Numbered from the stretch's first letter, positions 19,868 to 30,431 are shown. The stretch: DNA of 64,000 nt from Candidatus Multivoradales bacterium (GCA_965248055.1 CBDFIJ010000004.1:2528001-2592000); one strand, 5' to 3'. The notes: a model not told the origin generated them from the letters alone. Program-made: numbers and translations.

Positions 19868-22590
19868 GCCGATTCAGACTCTTGTAGCGGCAGTACGACC
19901 GTGAACTGAGTGCCACTGGGTCGAGTGGCGAACTGAATTTCACCGCCGTGTCGTTCCACGATGTTGTAGGAAATAGACAACCCAAGCCCGGTTCCGCCGC
20001 GGTCGGTTTTGGTCGAGAAAAACGGTTGGAAAATCTTGGGTTGGATCTCGCGCGGAATGCCAGGTCCGGTGTCGGCGACCACCACTCTGGCTCGCGAACC
20101 TTCGGTGGTGGCTGAGATCGAGAGAGTGCCCCCTTGATCGGCCATGGCATCAATCGCGTTCACCAATAGGTTGGTGAACACCTGGTTCAGCTCTCCTTCG
20201 TTGCCGGTGACCACCAAGCTTAAGGGTAGCTTCTCGACATTCAGGCTGACGCCAGCCGCTTGACGTCGCTCTCCGAGCAGATCGGCGCAATCGCGCAAGA
20301 TTGAGCAGAGGTCGACTCGGGTTGCCGGTCCGGCGCTTCCACGCGACAGACTGAGTAAGTTGTTGACGATCCTTGAGGCGCGGAAAGTCTGTTGTTCGAC
20401 CTTCTTGAGCAGGCCATAGCGGGGATCGTCGGGGGCTGTTTCTTCTAGCAGCATTTGGGCGTAGCTGGAGATTCCGGTGATTGGCGTATTGACCTCGTGA
20501 GCCACTCCAGCCGCCAGCATTCCCAAGGAAGCCAGTCGTTCTCTCTCTTGCAGCGCATGCTCCATCTCAACCCGCTCGGTGACGTCTTGAACTAGCAGCA
20601 CATTGAGCGGCTCTTTGGCCGAAGGGTCGGACAACTTTGAGGTCGACAGTTGCAAGTAGGCGGTGGTGCCATCTGCGCGCGCCACCTGCGCCTCGTTCAT
20701 CTGACCCGGAACGATCTCCTCGATATCCAGCAGGTCGGTAAGACGCACCCCTTCCAGTTGTTGTGGGCTGCGGGTAAAGACCGAAGACAGCGAGCGGTTG
20801 GCTGATCGAATGCGTCCTTCCCGGTCGAGCACTGCAATTCCAGCCGGCGAAGACTCAAGAATGCTGTGGGTAAATTCCTGCATTCTCGATACTTCTTCGA
20901 GCTGTTCTTCGACCGTATGAAACAGCCGAGCATTGTCCAAGGCGAGAGCAGCTTGGTCAAAAACCGTACGTAGCAGGTCGATGTCGTCGGAGTTCAACGG
21001 GATATCCCCGGGGTGATGCCCACAAACGAACAGTCCGACCGGTTCTCCGCGACTCATCAAGGGGAACAAGTTGCGAAAACCGCTCTGATGGAGTGTCGCC
21101 TCCGTTGAGGCGGCTTCGCCGACTAGCCCCAGCGGTTGCAACAGTGCGTGGTCGGTGTCCCAGGCGTCCGCCAAGGTGTCCACGTCAATACGCTCTGCGG
21201 TCCAGTCTCCAACCGGCTGTAGTTTGTTTCTTTCGGCTAAGAACAACTCCGCTCTGGGTAAGTCGAGGTCGGAACTCACCCGATTCAGCAACTCCAGCGC
21301 AAGGTCGTGAGAATCTTCTTCGGTCAAGCGGGTGGCAAACTCGGCCAAATCTCGGCGCAGGGTGATGCGACTTCCATACTGCAAGCGTTCCAAGGAGCCG
21401 CGAATGGTTTTCCTGGTCGGTACCATCAGGCCGGCGATCGCCAAGCCAGCGGTGAACGAGACTAAATTGCGCGGTAGTTCGGCAGCGTCAGCCATGACGT
21501 CTTTGAGCAGCAGGTTGACCAAAGAAAAACCAATGACTCCGACAAACAGGGTCAGAGCGGTGGAGACCCCACTGCGAATCAAAATGCCGATGTCAGCCAA
21601 TCGATAGCGCAGGTAGGCATAGCCGAACGCCAAGGGAATGAACCCCAGCATGGTGACCGCGATGAAAGCCTGCCATTCGGGAACCGGTCGACCAAAAAAA
21701 CCAGGCAGGACGTAGAGCAAAGAAAATGGCAAGTAGCCAGCGGCTAGCCCCACTGCGATCCACATCAGTTGTCGCCGTGGCTCCCAAGTGGTCTCAGTAA
21801 GGGCACGAAATCCCAAGATCGCAGCGGCACCCAGTCCAGCCACGACCATGTGCACCAGTTCCCACTGATCGAGACGAACGATGGCCCCACTGAGGTCTCC
21901 CTGATCGAACCAGCGTCCCCCGCGCAGCATCAAGTCTGCCTGCAGGACAAAGAGTGCAACCGCCGGGGCATAGACCAGCGCCAGACGATGGCGCTTACCA
22001 GCGACCACTCCTAAAGGAGAGGGAAACACCAAGAAGAAGTGAAGGGTGACCGCAGGCAAGAAGATGCGAGCAAATTCGTCGATGCCATAACTGGCGCGAT
22101 CGAGTAGATCGAATTGTTGTCCCGGAGAAACCAGGAACATGGCGCCGGACAACAAGCACCAGACGAAAAACAGCAAACCCGGCTTTTCACGCCGACGGGC
22201 CAAGGCAAAGCCGCCAACCGCCAGATAGGCGAGAGCAATTGCCGCTGTGGCTAGGTACTTCCAATCGATGTTGATGCCTGGCGCTCGAAGTTCAACCCGC
22301 GTCATCTGACCGCGCCGCAACACCACCGCTTCCGCGCTGGTATTACTCGATACCGCAGCGGCGAACTCAGCGACGGTGGTGACCTCCCGGTTGTCCACCA
22401 GAAGGACTCGGTCGCCGGATTGTAGCTGGCTGTGCCTGGCAGCAGAAACAATCAACCCTTGGGCTTGAGGTGAGAAGTCGGCTTCTAGGGTGCGGAAGTC
22501 TTCAATCTTGCGCAACGCACCCATCGCACCGACCACCAAGATTGCGACGGCTGCAAGAGCAGCGATGAGGGCGAATAACTTACGCATCAA
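19864..22590 (-). CDS. multi-TM sensor histidine kinase (PDZ-like, GAF, PAS, HisKA, HATPase)
   Basis: AAGVAHEVNTP H-box, NLLVNAIDA, DTGPGI, FFSTK, GTGLGL. About 8-9 TM segments. Overlaps the regulator by 4 nt. Confidence 0.9.
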   Translation of the reverse strand: MMRKLFALIAALAAVAILVVGAMGALRKIEDFRTLEADFSPQAQGLIVSAARHSQLQSGDRVLLVDNREVTTVAEFAAAVSSNTSAEAVVLRRGQMTRVELRAPGINIDWKYLATAAIALAYLAVGGFALARRREKPGLLFFVWCLLSGAMFLVSPGQQFDLLDRASYGIDEFARIFLPAVTLHFFLVFPSPLGVVAGKRHRLALVYAPAVALFVLQADLMLRGGRWFDQGDLSGAIVRLDQWELVHMVVAGLGAAAILGFRALTETTWEPRRQLMWIAVGLAAGYLPFSLLYVLPGFFGRPVPEWQAFIAVTMLGFIPLAFGYAYLRYRLADIGILIRSGVSTALTLFVGVIGFSLVNLLLKDVMADAAELPRNLVSFTAGLAIAGLMVPTRKTIRGSLERLQYGSRITLRRDLAEFATRLTEEDSHDLALELLNRVSSDLDLPRAELFLAERNKLQPVGDWTAERIDVDTLADAWDTDHALLQPLGLVGEAASTEATLHQSGFRNLFPLMSRGEPVGLFVCGHHPGDIPLNSDDIDLLRTVFDQAALALDNARLFHTVEEQLEEVSRMQEFTHSILESSPAGIAVLDREGRIRSANRSLSSVFTRSPQQLEGVRLTDLLDIEEIVPGQMNEAQVARADGTTAYLQLSTSKLSDPSAKEPLNVLLVQDVTERVEMEHALQERERLASLGMLAAGVAHEVNTPITGISSYAQMLLEETAPDDPRYGLLKKVEQQTFRASRIVNNLLSLSRGSAGPATRVDLCSILRDCADLLGERRQAAGVSLNVEKLPLSLVVTGNEGELNQVFTNLLVNAIDAMADQGGTLSISATTEGSRARVVVADTGPGIPREIQPKIFQPFFSTKTDRGGTGLGLSISYNIVERHGGEIQFATRPSGTQFTVVLPLQESESA

Positions 22591-22632
22591 AAAAGGCTTC
22601 CAAGTTTGTTCTTGGAGAACCCAGTGGTTTAC

Positions 22633-22657
22633 TTAGTGGCAGGATTCGTGCCACTAA
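22633..22657 (-). promoter_or_regulatory. candidate sigma54 (-24/-12) promoter embedded in a palindrome
   Basis: Minus strand TGGCACGAATCCTGC, about 50 nt upstream of the kinase. Whole site is TTAGTGGCA-N7-TGCCACTAA. Confidence 0.5.
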
Positions 22658-22759
22658 ATCGGTATTTTGAACCAGTGAAGAGGCTTATTGTGGCAGCACA
22701 CTCGAGCCAAAAATTCAACATTTTGAATCAAAGTGAAAGTTTTTGAATTCGTCGAAACC

Positions 22760-24682
22760 TCAGAAGGAGAGGGAAACTCCTCCGGTCAACCGCTGCCGAA
22801 TATCGTCGCGATTTCGGTTGGGCTCGTTGGGGTGCTGGCCGCGAGCGAACTCGATGCTCAAACGAAGCGCGATGTTGGCCGCGTCAACAAGAGAGTCGAG
22901 ATCTTGGGTGAGCCTCAGTTGCAGCTTGTCTAAGTTCAGGTCCGACGCCGGTAGGGTGGGTGCCAAAGACTCAGCAGATTGCTGTAGCTGCTGGAAAGCA
23001 ATGTAGACGCCGGTGTCCGAGCGCTCAAAATGGGTATCCAAGGAAGTCACCAGATACTGGACGTCGTTCTTACTTGAGGCCAAGTTACTCACAACTTGCC
23101 CTCCGCCGCCGATGGCTAAACTGGACTCGAGGCGTGATGAAACGGCTGGAGACCACCGCGAGGTGTAAGACACGCTGACTTCGGGCAGTTGATCACCATC
23201 CACCAAGTAGATGGTGTCCATGCGATCCAGTAAGTCCTCGTCAAAAAATAGTTGCAACGTTTCATCGAATTCACGATGGGTTGCAGCAAGTGTCAACTTA
23301 TTGTCGTTTCCCACCTGACGTGCAAACTCAACCTGGTAACAAGACTTCTGTCCACTCTGGCAACCGCCATAGTGGTCTGCGAGTACTCGTCGGTAGCCGA
23401 AAATATCGGCGTCTTCGCTATGAACCCGTTCCGCTGCCAAGGTTGAGGCGGTCCATCGGTCGTTGAGCCGAACCACAGCCCCGCCGCGTGGAACAAACGA
23501 CACCGCGCCGTCGCGAAGTGTGGTCACCAGACCGTACTGCACCAGGACCCGTGGTTGTACTTGGACACCACCTTCACTGAACAGATCTACTCTCTGATTG
23601 GGTGACAAACTAGTCACCCCAAAAGCGCTCGGCGACAACGCTGTTTCCCGGTAGCGGAAGCCAGCAGTCAGATGGTGGTCTTTGGTGATTTGCGCGGTGT
23701 GTTGAGCCATGAGTTCCATTTCTCGCGAAGAGTCGGGAACCACGGAACTCCACTTCTCACTGGAGTAAAAACCGCTCTGCTCGGTGAACTCGGCGCGAAC
23801 TACAGAACGTCCCGCTCTTCCAAAATCGCGCGACCATCCGATGGCGTGTCGTTCCATGGCGACAGCGTCGTCGTCGGAAGAGAACCCAGATGCTAGTTGA
23901 TGCTGCAGGCTGGTGACGCTGACCTCGTTATTGGTTCCGTCAACCGAAAGCGAAATAACCTGACTGCTCCCCGTCGGTTCATTGGACTGACCGCTGAACT
24001 CCTGATAGTCGCCAACCAACTCAAGCCGTGCCTTACCAACAGCAGCGTCGACGGTGACGGTGCCACCGGATACCGTGTTGCCAGCAACCCGATCATCAAC
24101 TCCGACAAACGCCTGGAATTCGGTGCGCACCGGCACAATTTCGTCTTGAATGGATCCAGCTCGGCGAGCCTGGATCTGATCCGTGCTGTTTTGCAGATCG
24201 CGCAAGACATCGCTTGGAATTGCCCGCCTAGCACTCCAGAAGTCGTCAGAGTCCGACTCTGCCTCCACGGCTCCAAGCTCAATTTCGACAAACTGTTTCT
24301 CGTCAACTTCGCCTCGCGACAACATTAGGATTGCTGGTACGAAACCGGTCTTAAAGGCGATCAGCTTGTAGAGCCCAGGGGCCAAGCTGTCAAAGAGAAA
24401 GCGACCATTGGTATCGGTTTCGGTGCGGGTCCAACTGTCTTGAGCAGTCTCGACCGCGTAAATGCGGACTCGATCAATGGGAGCTCGTTGATGGACCACT
24501 CGACCGAGCAGTCGAGCGTTGGTCGGTTGTGGGGAAACCGAGGCGGCTTGCAACAGGCCTCCACTGAGAAGTGCGGTCGCTAGCAGCGCGATTACCCTCC
24601 AAGCTGAGGGAGTAGCGTTGGTCGTGCCGACCGCTGCCGTCCGGCCAAAATGAAGAGCCCCAAAATGAAAGAATTTAGTCAC
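22760..24682 (-). CDS. carboxypeptidase-regulatory-like domain + beta-barrel-like outer-membrane protein
   Basis: TDTNGRFLFDSLAPGLYKLIAFKTGF motif, alternating beta-strands, terminal GGVSLSF. Confidence 0.65.
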   Translation of the reverse strand: MTKFFHFGALHFGRTAAVGTTNATPSAWRVIALLATALLSGGLLQAASVSPQPTNARLLGRVVHQRAPIDRVRIYAVETAQDSWTRTETDTNGRFLFDSLAPGLYKLIAFKTGFVPAILMLSRGEVDEKQFVEIELGAVEAESDSDDFWSARRAIPSDVLRDLQNSTDQIQARRAGSIQDEIVPVRTEFQAFVGVDDRVAGNTVSGGTVTVDAAVGKARLELVGDYQEFSGQSNEPTGSSQVISLSVDGTNNEVSVTSLQHQLASGFSSDDDAVAMERHAIGWSRDFGRAGRSVVRAEFTEQSGFYSSEKWSSVVPDSSREMELMAQHTAQITKDHHLTAGFRYRETALSPSAFGVTSLSPNQRVDLFSEGGVQVQPRVLVQYGLVTTLRDGAVSFVPRGGAVVRLNDRWTASTLAAERVHSEDADIFGYRRVLADHYGGCQSGQKSCYQVEFARQVGNDNKLTLAATHREFDETLQLFFDEDLLDRMDTIYLVDGDQLPEVSVSYTSRWSPAVSSRLESSLAIGGGGQVVSNLASSKNDVQYLVTSLDTHFERSDTGVYIAFQQLQQSAESLAPTLPASDLNLDKLQLRLTQDLDSLVDAANIALRLSIEFARGQHPNEPNRNRDDIRQRLTGGVSLSF

Positions 24683-24899
24683 CGTTTATCAGTATAGGAA
24701 CCCGAGTGTCAAGGTGTCAAATCGGTCACAGGGTGTACCAAGAGTGTGTACCAAGTAGGCCGCTGCGACCCCTTTTGGTGCCCTCTCTCAACCCGCAGCC
24801 CTAACACTCCCGAATCGCAGGCCTTGGTCCAACGGTGGGTTGTTCCATGTCCTGCCACTAGAGTTTGTTTACGTAGATCGTCAGCTAAGGGTTCAAGGG

Positions 24900-25841
24900 T
24901 TAAGTAAAGTTGGGTTGATCCATGTTTTGTTGTGCGGCGATGATCTCGTCGGGATGGGGCGTCCTGGCAATCGCTAGACAGGCAACGGACGGTATTTCGC
25001 TCCGTCGTAGGGTCCGGGCTGCCTCCTTGAGCGTCGCGCCGCTGGTAATCACATCATCAACTAGAAGAACAGAACGCAGAGCTGGCTGGTGCGAGGTCGG
25101 TGCAAAGGCGCCGCCTAGATTTCGACCTCGATCTTTGAGCGCCAATTTGGACTGAGGTCGAGTTCCACGCCGTCGTCTCAAAAGGGCTCGACAGGGTAGC
25201 CCCAAGTGATGCGCAAGGCGCTTCGCCAGTAGCTCGGCTTGGTCATATCCGCGCAGGACGCGGCGAGGCCACCATAGAGGAATCCACGTCACTAGATCAT
25301 GTTGCTGCAGGGTGACAATCTCGGCTGTAGTCAAGCTTTCCATGAGTCGATCGACGATCTGGCGTCCGATGGACTTTAGGTGGCCGAATTTGAAGGCTCG
25401 CAGAGAGTCCGCAACGGGCGGTAGATAGTCCCAGCCAATGAAAAGACGGTCAAACGGGCTTCGATGGCCAAAGCATGTCCCACACTGGAAGTCCTCTTCT
25501 GAAAGGGTGGCAATTGGTCGCCCACAGAGATGACAACGACCCGTTGTGCGCTCGGGCCACTGGCAAAGGCACTGATTGCAAAGGCCAAACGGTGGCCGCA
25601 CGGTGCGCACCGACCGCCCGCAGCAGACGCACGGACAAGGCAAAATCAGATCAAGGCCAATGCCAACTGCTCGCGACCAGCCCGAGCCAAAGGCCTCGGG
25701 CGGACCGACCGTGGATAACGGCGGCCGTGGTTGTTGAGCGACCCTACACACGGTTAAGGAGACGCGCTGGTGGACGCTATACTCGCACCCGGTCATGGCC
25801 TGTCGATTGCAGGCCACAGGAGTTTCTATGGGCTTGCACAA
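24900..25841 (-). CDS. comF: ComF family protein (double zinc ribbon + PRT domain)
   Basis: CVCC...CNQC...CHLC...CGTC, RGYDQAELLA, LLVDDVITSGATL. The true start is probably downstream of 25841. Confidence 0.85.
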   Translation of the reverse strand: MCKPIETPVACNRQAMTGCEYSVHQRVSLTVCRVAQQPRPPLSTVGPPEAFGSGWSRAVGIGLDLILPCPCVCCGRSVRTVRPPFGLCNQCLCQWPERTTGRCHLCGRPIATLSEEDFQCGTCFGHRSPFDRLFIGWDYLPPVADSLRAFKFGHLKSIGRQIVDRLMESLTTAEIVTLQQHDLVTWIPLWWPRRVLRGYDQAELLAKRLAHHLGLPCRALLRRRRGTRPQSKLALKDRGRNLGGAFAPTSHQPALRSVLLVDDVITSGATLKEAARTLRRSEIPSVACLAIARTPHPDEIIAAQQNMDQPNFT

Positions 25842-26355
25842 GTTGAAAATTGCAGTCGTGGGGGTGGTCGTGGCGTTGTTTGCCGGACCGTCAGTCGCGG
25901 GGACTCCGTTTTCGATCGGACTGTTTGCTGGCTTTGGAGGCTCGATGGATGAGAGCGATACGGGCCTTGATCAAACGGTGGTGATGGCGAAATTCACGGT
26001 TGAAACCCGTCCCCGAACCGACTTTGCGATTCGTCTTGGTGAGATCGATATCGAGCAGCTGGGTGCCGTCACGGATGCCACTTTGACCTATCTCACGCTT
26101 TCTGGCGACTACTGGGCCTATGAATCCTTCTATGAATCGGCGCTTTATCTGGGTCTTGGCTACTACGAGATTTCCGGCCTCTTGGGGTTTGCGGAAGTGC
26201 AGGAGTCTACGGTTGGAGTGGTCCTCGGGGCTTTGGGTGAGTTCGACGTTACCCAGAATTTGTCCTTTCAGGTTGAGGTCTCAGCCCACTACTCACCGAT
26301 GGATGTCGCGCAGAGTTTTGTCATGGGGCAGGCCGGTCTCGCAGTTCACTTCTAA
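25828..26355 (+). CDS. small outer-membrane beta-barrel protein
   Basis: Signal peptide from ATG 25828, YLGLGYY, C-terminal GLAVHF. Confidence 0.7.
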   Translation: MGLHKLKIAVVGVVVALFAGPSVAGTPFSIGLFAGFGGSMDESDTGLDQTVVMAKFTVETRPRTDFAIRLGEIDIEQLGAVTDATLTYLTLSGDYWAYESFYESALYLGLGYYEISGLLGFAEVQESTVGVVLGALGEFDVTQNLSFQVEVSAHYSPMDVAQSFVMGQAGLAVHF

Positions 26356-26369
26356 TCTGGAAGACTCTC

Positions 26370-27494
26370 TTGGAGTTTGAGGGTACGGTCAGCGTTCAAG
26401 GCCGCCGGGTTTACTTGGTGGGCTTGGATCTACTGAGTACTCCGCCGGGAGTAGCAGAAGAACATCTAGATGAATTGATGGCTCTGGCGCGAAGTGCTGG
26501 TGCCAAGGTGGTCGGACGATTTGTCCAAAAACGCCGAGCCGCCCATCCAGCGACCATGATCGGCTCAGGCAAGGCGGAATGGTTGGCACAGGCAGCCAAG
26601 CCGCTCAAGGTCGACATTGTGTTGTTCGACGACGACCTAGCCCCCGGTCAAGTTCGCGAACTGGAGAAGCTCATTGAGCGGCCGGTCTTGGACCGCAGCG
26701 GGCTGATTCTGGAGATATTCAGTCAAAGGGCGCAGACCTCAGAGGCCAGAACCCAAGTCGAACTGGCGCGCCTAGTGTATTTACTACCGCGTTTGACCAA
26801 ACGCTGGGGTCATCTTTCTCGTCAGGCTGGTGGTATTGGTCAACGGGGTGGAGAAGGAGAGAAGCAGCTGGAGGCTGACCGCCGGATGCTTCGGCGTCGG
26901 ATCTCGCAACTCAAAAAGAGGCTAGGCAAGATCGAAACCACCCGCGTGGTTCAAAGAAGGAGTCGCCGCCAGATTCCGACCATTGCCTTGGCTGGTTACA
27001 CTAATGCAGGGAAATCGACTCTTTTCAACCGTCTGACGGGTGCTGATGTGGTGGCCCAAGATCGCCTGTTTGCCACTTTGGATTCCAAGCTGCGGCGTGG
27101 CGTCTTGGCACCTGGAGTCGCGGTGGTGTTTGCCGACACCGTGGGTTTCATTCGCAAGCTGCCTCATGACTTAGTGGCCTCCTTTCGTTCGACGCTGGGT
27201 GAAGTGGTCGATGCCGACTTGGTATTGCACGTAGTCGATGCCAGTCATCCTCAAGCCGAAGAACAGCGCAGGGTGGCAGAAGAGGTGCTTGCTGATCTGG
27301 GTGTGCCTGCTGAGCGCCTGATTCTAGTGTGCAACAAGATGGATCGCGAAGGGGCGAACTGTGCAGCAGTTGGAAACGGCAATGGTACGGGAATCGCACT
27401 CTCGGCGACCACCGGCGAGGGTTTGGCGAACTTGCGGCAGGCGATTGCCGATCGGCTGGGTATCGCGACCGTGCCGACCGCTCAGTGGAACTAG
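26370..27494 (+). CDS. hflX: GTPase HflX
   Basis: ILEIFSQRA, QVELA, GYTNAGKST, LFATLD, DTVGFI, NKMD motifs. Confidence 0.96.
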   Translation: MEFEGTVSVQGRRVYLVGLDLLSTPPGVAEEHLDELMALARSAGAKVVGRFVQKRRAAHPATMIGSGKAEWLAQAAKPLKVDIVLFDDDLAPGQVRELEKLIERPVLDRSGLILEIFSQRAQTSEARTQVELARLVYLLPRLTKRWGHLSRQAGGIGQRGGEGEKQLEADRRMLRRRISQLKKRLGKIETTRVVQRRSRRQIPTIALAGYTNAGKSTLFNRLTGADVVAQDRLFATLDSKLRRGVLAPGVAVVFADTVGFIRKLPHDLVASFRSTLGEVVDADLVLHVVDASHPQAEEQRRVAEEVLADLGVPAERLILVCNKMDREGANCAAVGNGNGTGIALSATTGEGLANLRQAIADRLGIATVPTAQWN

Positions 27495-27523
27495 AAAAAG
27501 GCCCCTACATGGGTAGGGGCCTT
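27495..27523 (-). terminator. intrinsic terminator (possibly bidirectional)
   Basis: AAGGCCCCTAC-atgg-GTAGGGGCCTT, with an A-run on + (U tract on -), between convergent genes. Confidence 0.75.
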
Positions 27524-27560
27524 GGAATCTCTGGGTAGAGACGGTGGTAGGAAATACGCC

Positions 27561-28400
27561 CTAAGAATCGCCGTCTTCTTCGCCTTCGCTGTCTGCCTCT
27601 TCACTCGCTGCGTGCATCTCAGCGATGTACGACAGGTCGGCGCGTGGGAACCAGTTCTCCTGTTGATATCCGGAAATGCAATCTCTCCACTCAGCAAAGA
27701 GCGCGTCCTTCTCTTCCTCACCGAAGGCTTCGGTGAGAACCGCAGGCGCGGTCTTCGCTTCGTAGTAAGCGACCGGGCTTGCGGCCATGGTTACCATGAC
27801 GAAAGAACCCTCACCAATGGTGACTTCATGGGTAGTCCAATGTCCCGGGGTTTCGGTTTGCGCCCAAGCGTCAACCACCTTCTTGACCACTGCCTCAAAT
27901 CGCTCCCCCATTCCCGGCTTCACCGAGTGGACGCTAACCTGGATAAACCCCGGAGGGCCTTCCATTTCACCGGAGTGAAAAGAAAGATCTGGGCGCATTT
28001 TGTTAACGCTGCTGGAGACCACTTGGAAGTCGATTCCAGAAGCGGTGTCGCGCAACCCAGCCATGGTGTCCTCGCCGATCGCCTCAACCATTTTGGCTTG
28101 CATTTCATCGCCGTGATCAAAGCTCGCCATGTCGTTGTGCATGTCGACGATGGTGTAGTCGAATCCGTTTGAGGACATGTACCAGTCCCAAGTGGAGTCC
28201 ATCTCAGCGCCGGCGAACGCAGCAACCCAGTCCTTGCCCAGCTGCACCCACTCATCGGAATGGGCGGGGTTGACCCGGTAGTGGGTGACGTGGGCGTACA
28301 TCGTTGGACCCTCATCGCCCTCTTCATCAGCCCGCAAGACGGTCGTGGTCGCCACCAAACACAGAGCCAGCAACCCGAATACAAATAGTTTCTTCGACAA
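27561..28400 (-). CDS. secreted protein with two NIPSNAP/dimeric alpha-beta-barrel-like repeats
   Basis: Signal peptide and AGGAGG RBS. Two similar halves (HYRVNPAH..EW / HSVKPGMGERFE). Confidence 0.65.
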   Translation of the reverse strand: MSKKLFVFGLLALCLVATTTVLRADEEGDEGPTMYAHVTHYRVNPAHSDEWVQLGKDWVAAFAGAEMDSTWDWYMSSNGFDYTIVDMHNDMASFDHGDEMQAKMVEAIGEDTMAGLRDTASGIDFQVVSSSVNKMRPDLSFHSGEMEGPPGFIQVSVHSVKPGMGERFEAVVKKVVDAWAQTETPGHWTTHEVTIGEGSFVMVTMAASPVAYYEAKTAPAVLTEAFGEEEKDALFAEWRDCISGYQQENWFPRADLSYIAEMHAASEEADSEGEEDGDS

Positions 28401-28946
28401 TTTTGCCTCCTTCTAACCAACTCTAGGTTGGTTTCCTTTGGTTTCCCGTAGTTCGAGCTTCACAAATATTTGTCAACTCAAAGCGAGCTGAAGCTCGGGA
28501 TCGTGGCGACAGTATAGCTTGGCTTTTCGCCGTGCTGGACTAGACGTTGTGTTCAATCGTTCCACGCAGTTCCCGTTGCCAGCCAGGCGATCTTGCAGCC
28601 TGCTTACGAGATCCCAACGGTGTAGATCGCTGCAACCCCGGCAAGATGCCATCGAAAGAAGGCGCTGTATTCGGACAGTTTGCCGACTGTTTTGATGGTC
28701 GACCTGTACACATTAGATAGTGTTTGTTATGGAACGGTTGGTTCCGCAAAGGGGGAAATTCCGAGCGGCTTACCTTGGTCACTGCAGTTCCTGAGTTTTA
28801 TGAGCAGAGAATAGGATGAAGTGACGCGGAAAGCGATAGTCTGCCCTTCGCCTTGAAACCAACCTCGCCGCGAAGGCGTAGGTTGGACGACGGCTCAGAA
28901 CACCTCAATATGTTTTTGTTCCGAGTTACCTAAACTCCTACTAATT

Positions 28947-30401
28947 ATGAATCACCAGCGTTCGTTTTTCCCCACGCCAGTGGTCAGCGGTTTACTAATT
29001 GTGGGACTGGTCTTGATCGCTGGCTGTCGGGCGAGCATCTTTCACTCCTCCCCCGATCTGGGACAGATCTACACCCGCGAGGCCAGTACCGAAGGGCCAG
29101 ACCGCAATCCGGTGATCGTCATCCCAGGGTTGACGGGCTCACGCTTGGTCGACCCTGAATCTGGGCGCCTAGTGTGGGGTGCTTTCTCCGGAGACTACGC
29201 GAAACCCAACAACCCTGAAGACGTTCGATTGCTGGCCTTGCCGATGGCAGAAGGAAAAGAGCTACACGAGCTGACCGACCAGATGAAGCCGGACGGAGTT
29301 TTGGACCGCGTGCGGATCAGGCTTCTAGGTGTGCCCCTGGATCTGCGCGCGTATTTTCAAATCCTCTCGGCTTTGGGCGTCGGTGGCTATCGAGACGAGA
29401 CCATTGATTTGGCTGAAAAGGTTCAATGGGGCGATGCTCACTTCACTTGCTTTCAGTTTGACTACGACTGGCGGCGAGATAACGTGGAGAACGCGCAACG
29501 GTTGCATCAATTCATCGAACAAAAGCGCGCCTATGTTCGCTCTGAAACGTGGCGACGGTTCGGGGTCGACCGCGAAGACATCAAGTTTGACGTCGTCGCA
29601 CATTCCATGGGCGGCCTTCTGCTGCGCTATTACTTGCGCTACGGCGACGCAGATCTGCCACAAGATGGATCACTACCGACACCGACCTGGGCAGGCGCCG
29701 CCAATATCGGTCGTGCGATCCTGGTCGCGACTCCCAATGCTGGAACTCTCGAGAGTTTGGAGCAGTTGACTCGCGGGCGAGACTACGGACCTTTCTTGCC
29801 AAAATATTCGTCAACCATATTGGGTACGTTTCCTTCCGGCTACCAAATGCTGCCCCGAGCGCGGCACCAAATGATCAGTGTCGGGGATCAGGTTGTGGAA
29901 GACGTGTTTGATCCTGAACTGTGGCAAGAATTGGAATGGGGTCTGGCGGCTCCAGAGGCAGAAACCGAGCTGGCTTGGCTGCTTCCTGAGGTAGAAGACC
30001 CCGCGGTTCGCCGACGAATCGCCCTCGACCATCAACGCAAGGCTTTGGCCCGGGCCAAGCAGTTCACAGCCTCGATTGATTTTGAGGACCACCCTGAGTC
30101 TGCGGTCGAGTACTACATGATCGCTGGCGATTCGATTCCTACTGCGCGACGGGCGCGGGTCGATCCTCAATCGGGCAAGATCAAGGTGCAAGAGACCGGA
30201 CCTGGAGATGGCAAGGTGTTGCGCTCGAGTGCGCTGCTGGACGAACGCATGGATGGCGATTGGGCCCCCGGATTGCGCAGTCCGATTGTGTGGCGCAATG
30301 TGATGTTTCTTTCCAAGGGACACATGGGGCTGACGAAGGATCCGGTATTTACCGACAATTTGCTGTTTTGGCTGCTACAGCAGCCCAGAGATGGTGACTG
30401 A
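28947..30401 (+). CDS. lipoprotein, LCAT/PGAP1-like alpha/beta hydrolase
   Basis: Lipobox LIAGC, VIPGLTGSRL, FDYDWR, AHSMGG, GDGKV, HMGL motifs. Confidence 0.85.
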   Translation: MNHQRSFFPTPVVSGLLIVGLVLIAGCRASIFHSSPDLGQIYTREASTEGPDRNPVIVIPGLTGSRLVDPESGRLVWGAFSGDYAKPNNPEDVRLLALPMAEGKELHELTDQMKPDGVLDRVRIRLLGVPLDLRAYFQILSALGVGGYRDETIDLAEKVQWGDAHFTCFQFDYDWRRDNVENAQRLHQFIEQKRAYVRSETWRRFGVDREDIKFDVVAHSMGGLLLRYYLRYGDADLPQDGSLPTPTWAGAANIGRAILVATPNAGTLESLEQLTRGRDYGPFLPKYSSTILGTFPSGYQMLPRARHQMISVGDQVVEDVFDPELWQELEWGLAAPEAETELAWLLPEVEDPAVRRRIALDHQRKALARAKQFTASIDFEDHPESAVEYYMIAGDSIPTARRARVDPQSGKIKVQETGPGDGKVLRSSALLDERMDGDWAPGLRSPIVWRNVMFLSKGHMGLTKDPVFTDNLLFWLLQQPRDGD

Positions 30402-30431
30402 GCCAGGTGCTAAATCGGCAATGAGCGGCAG

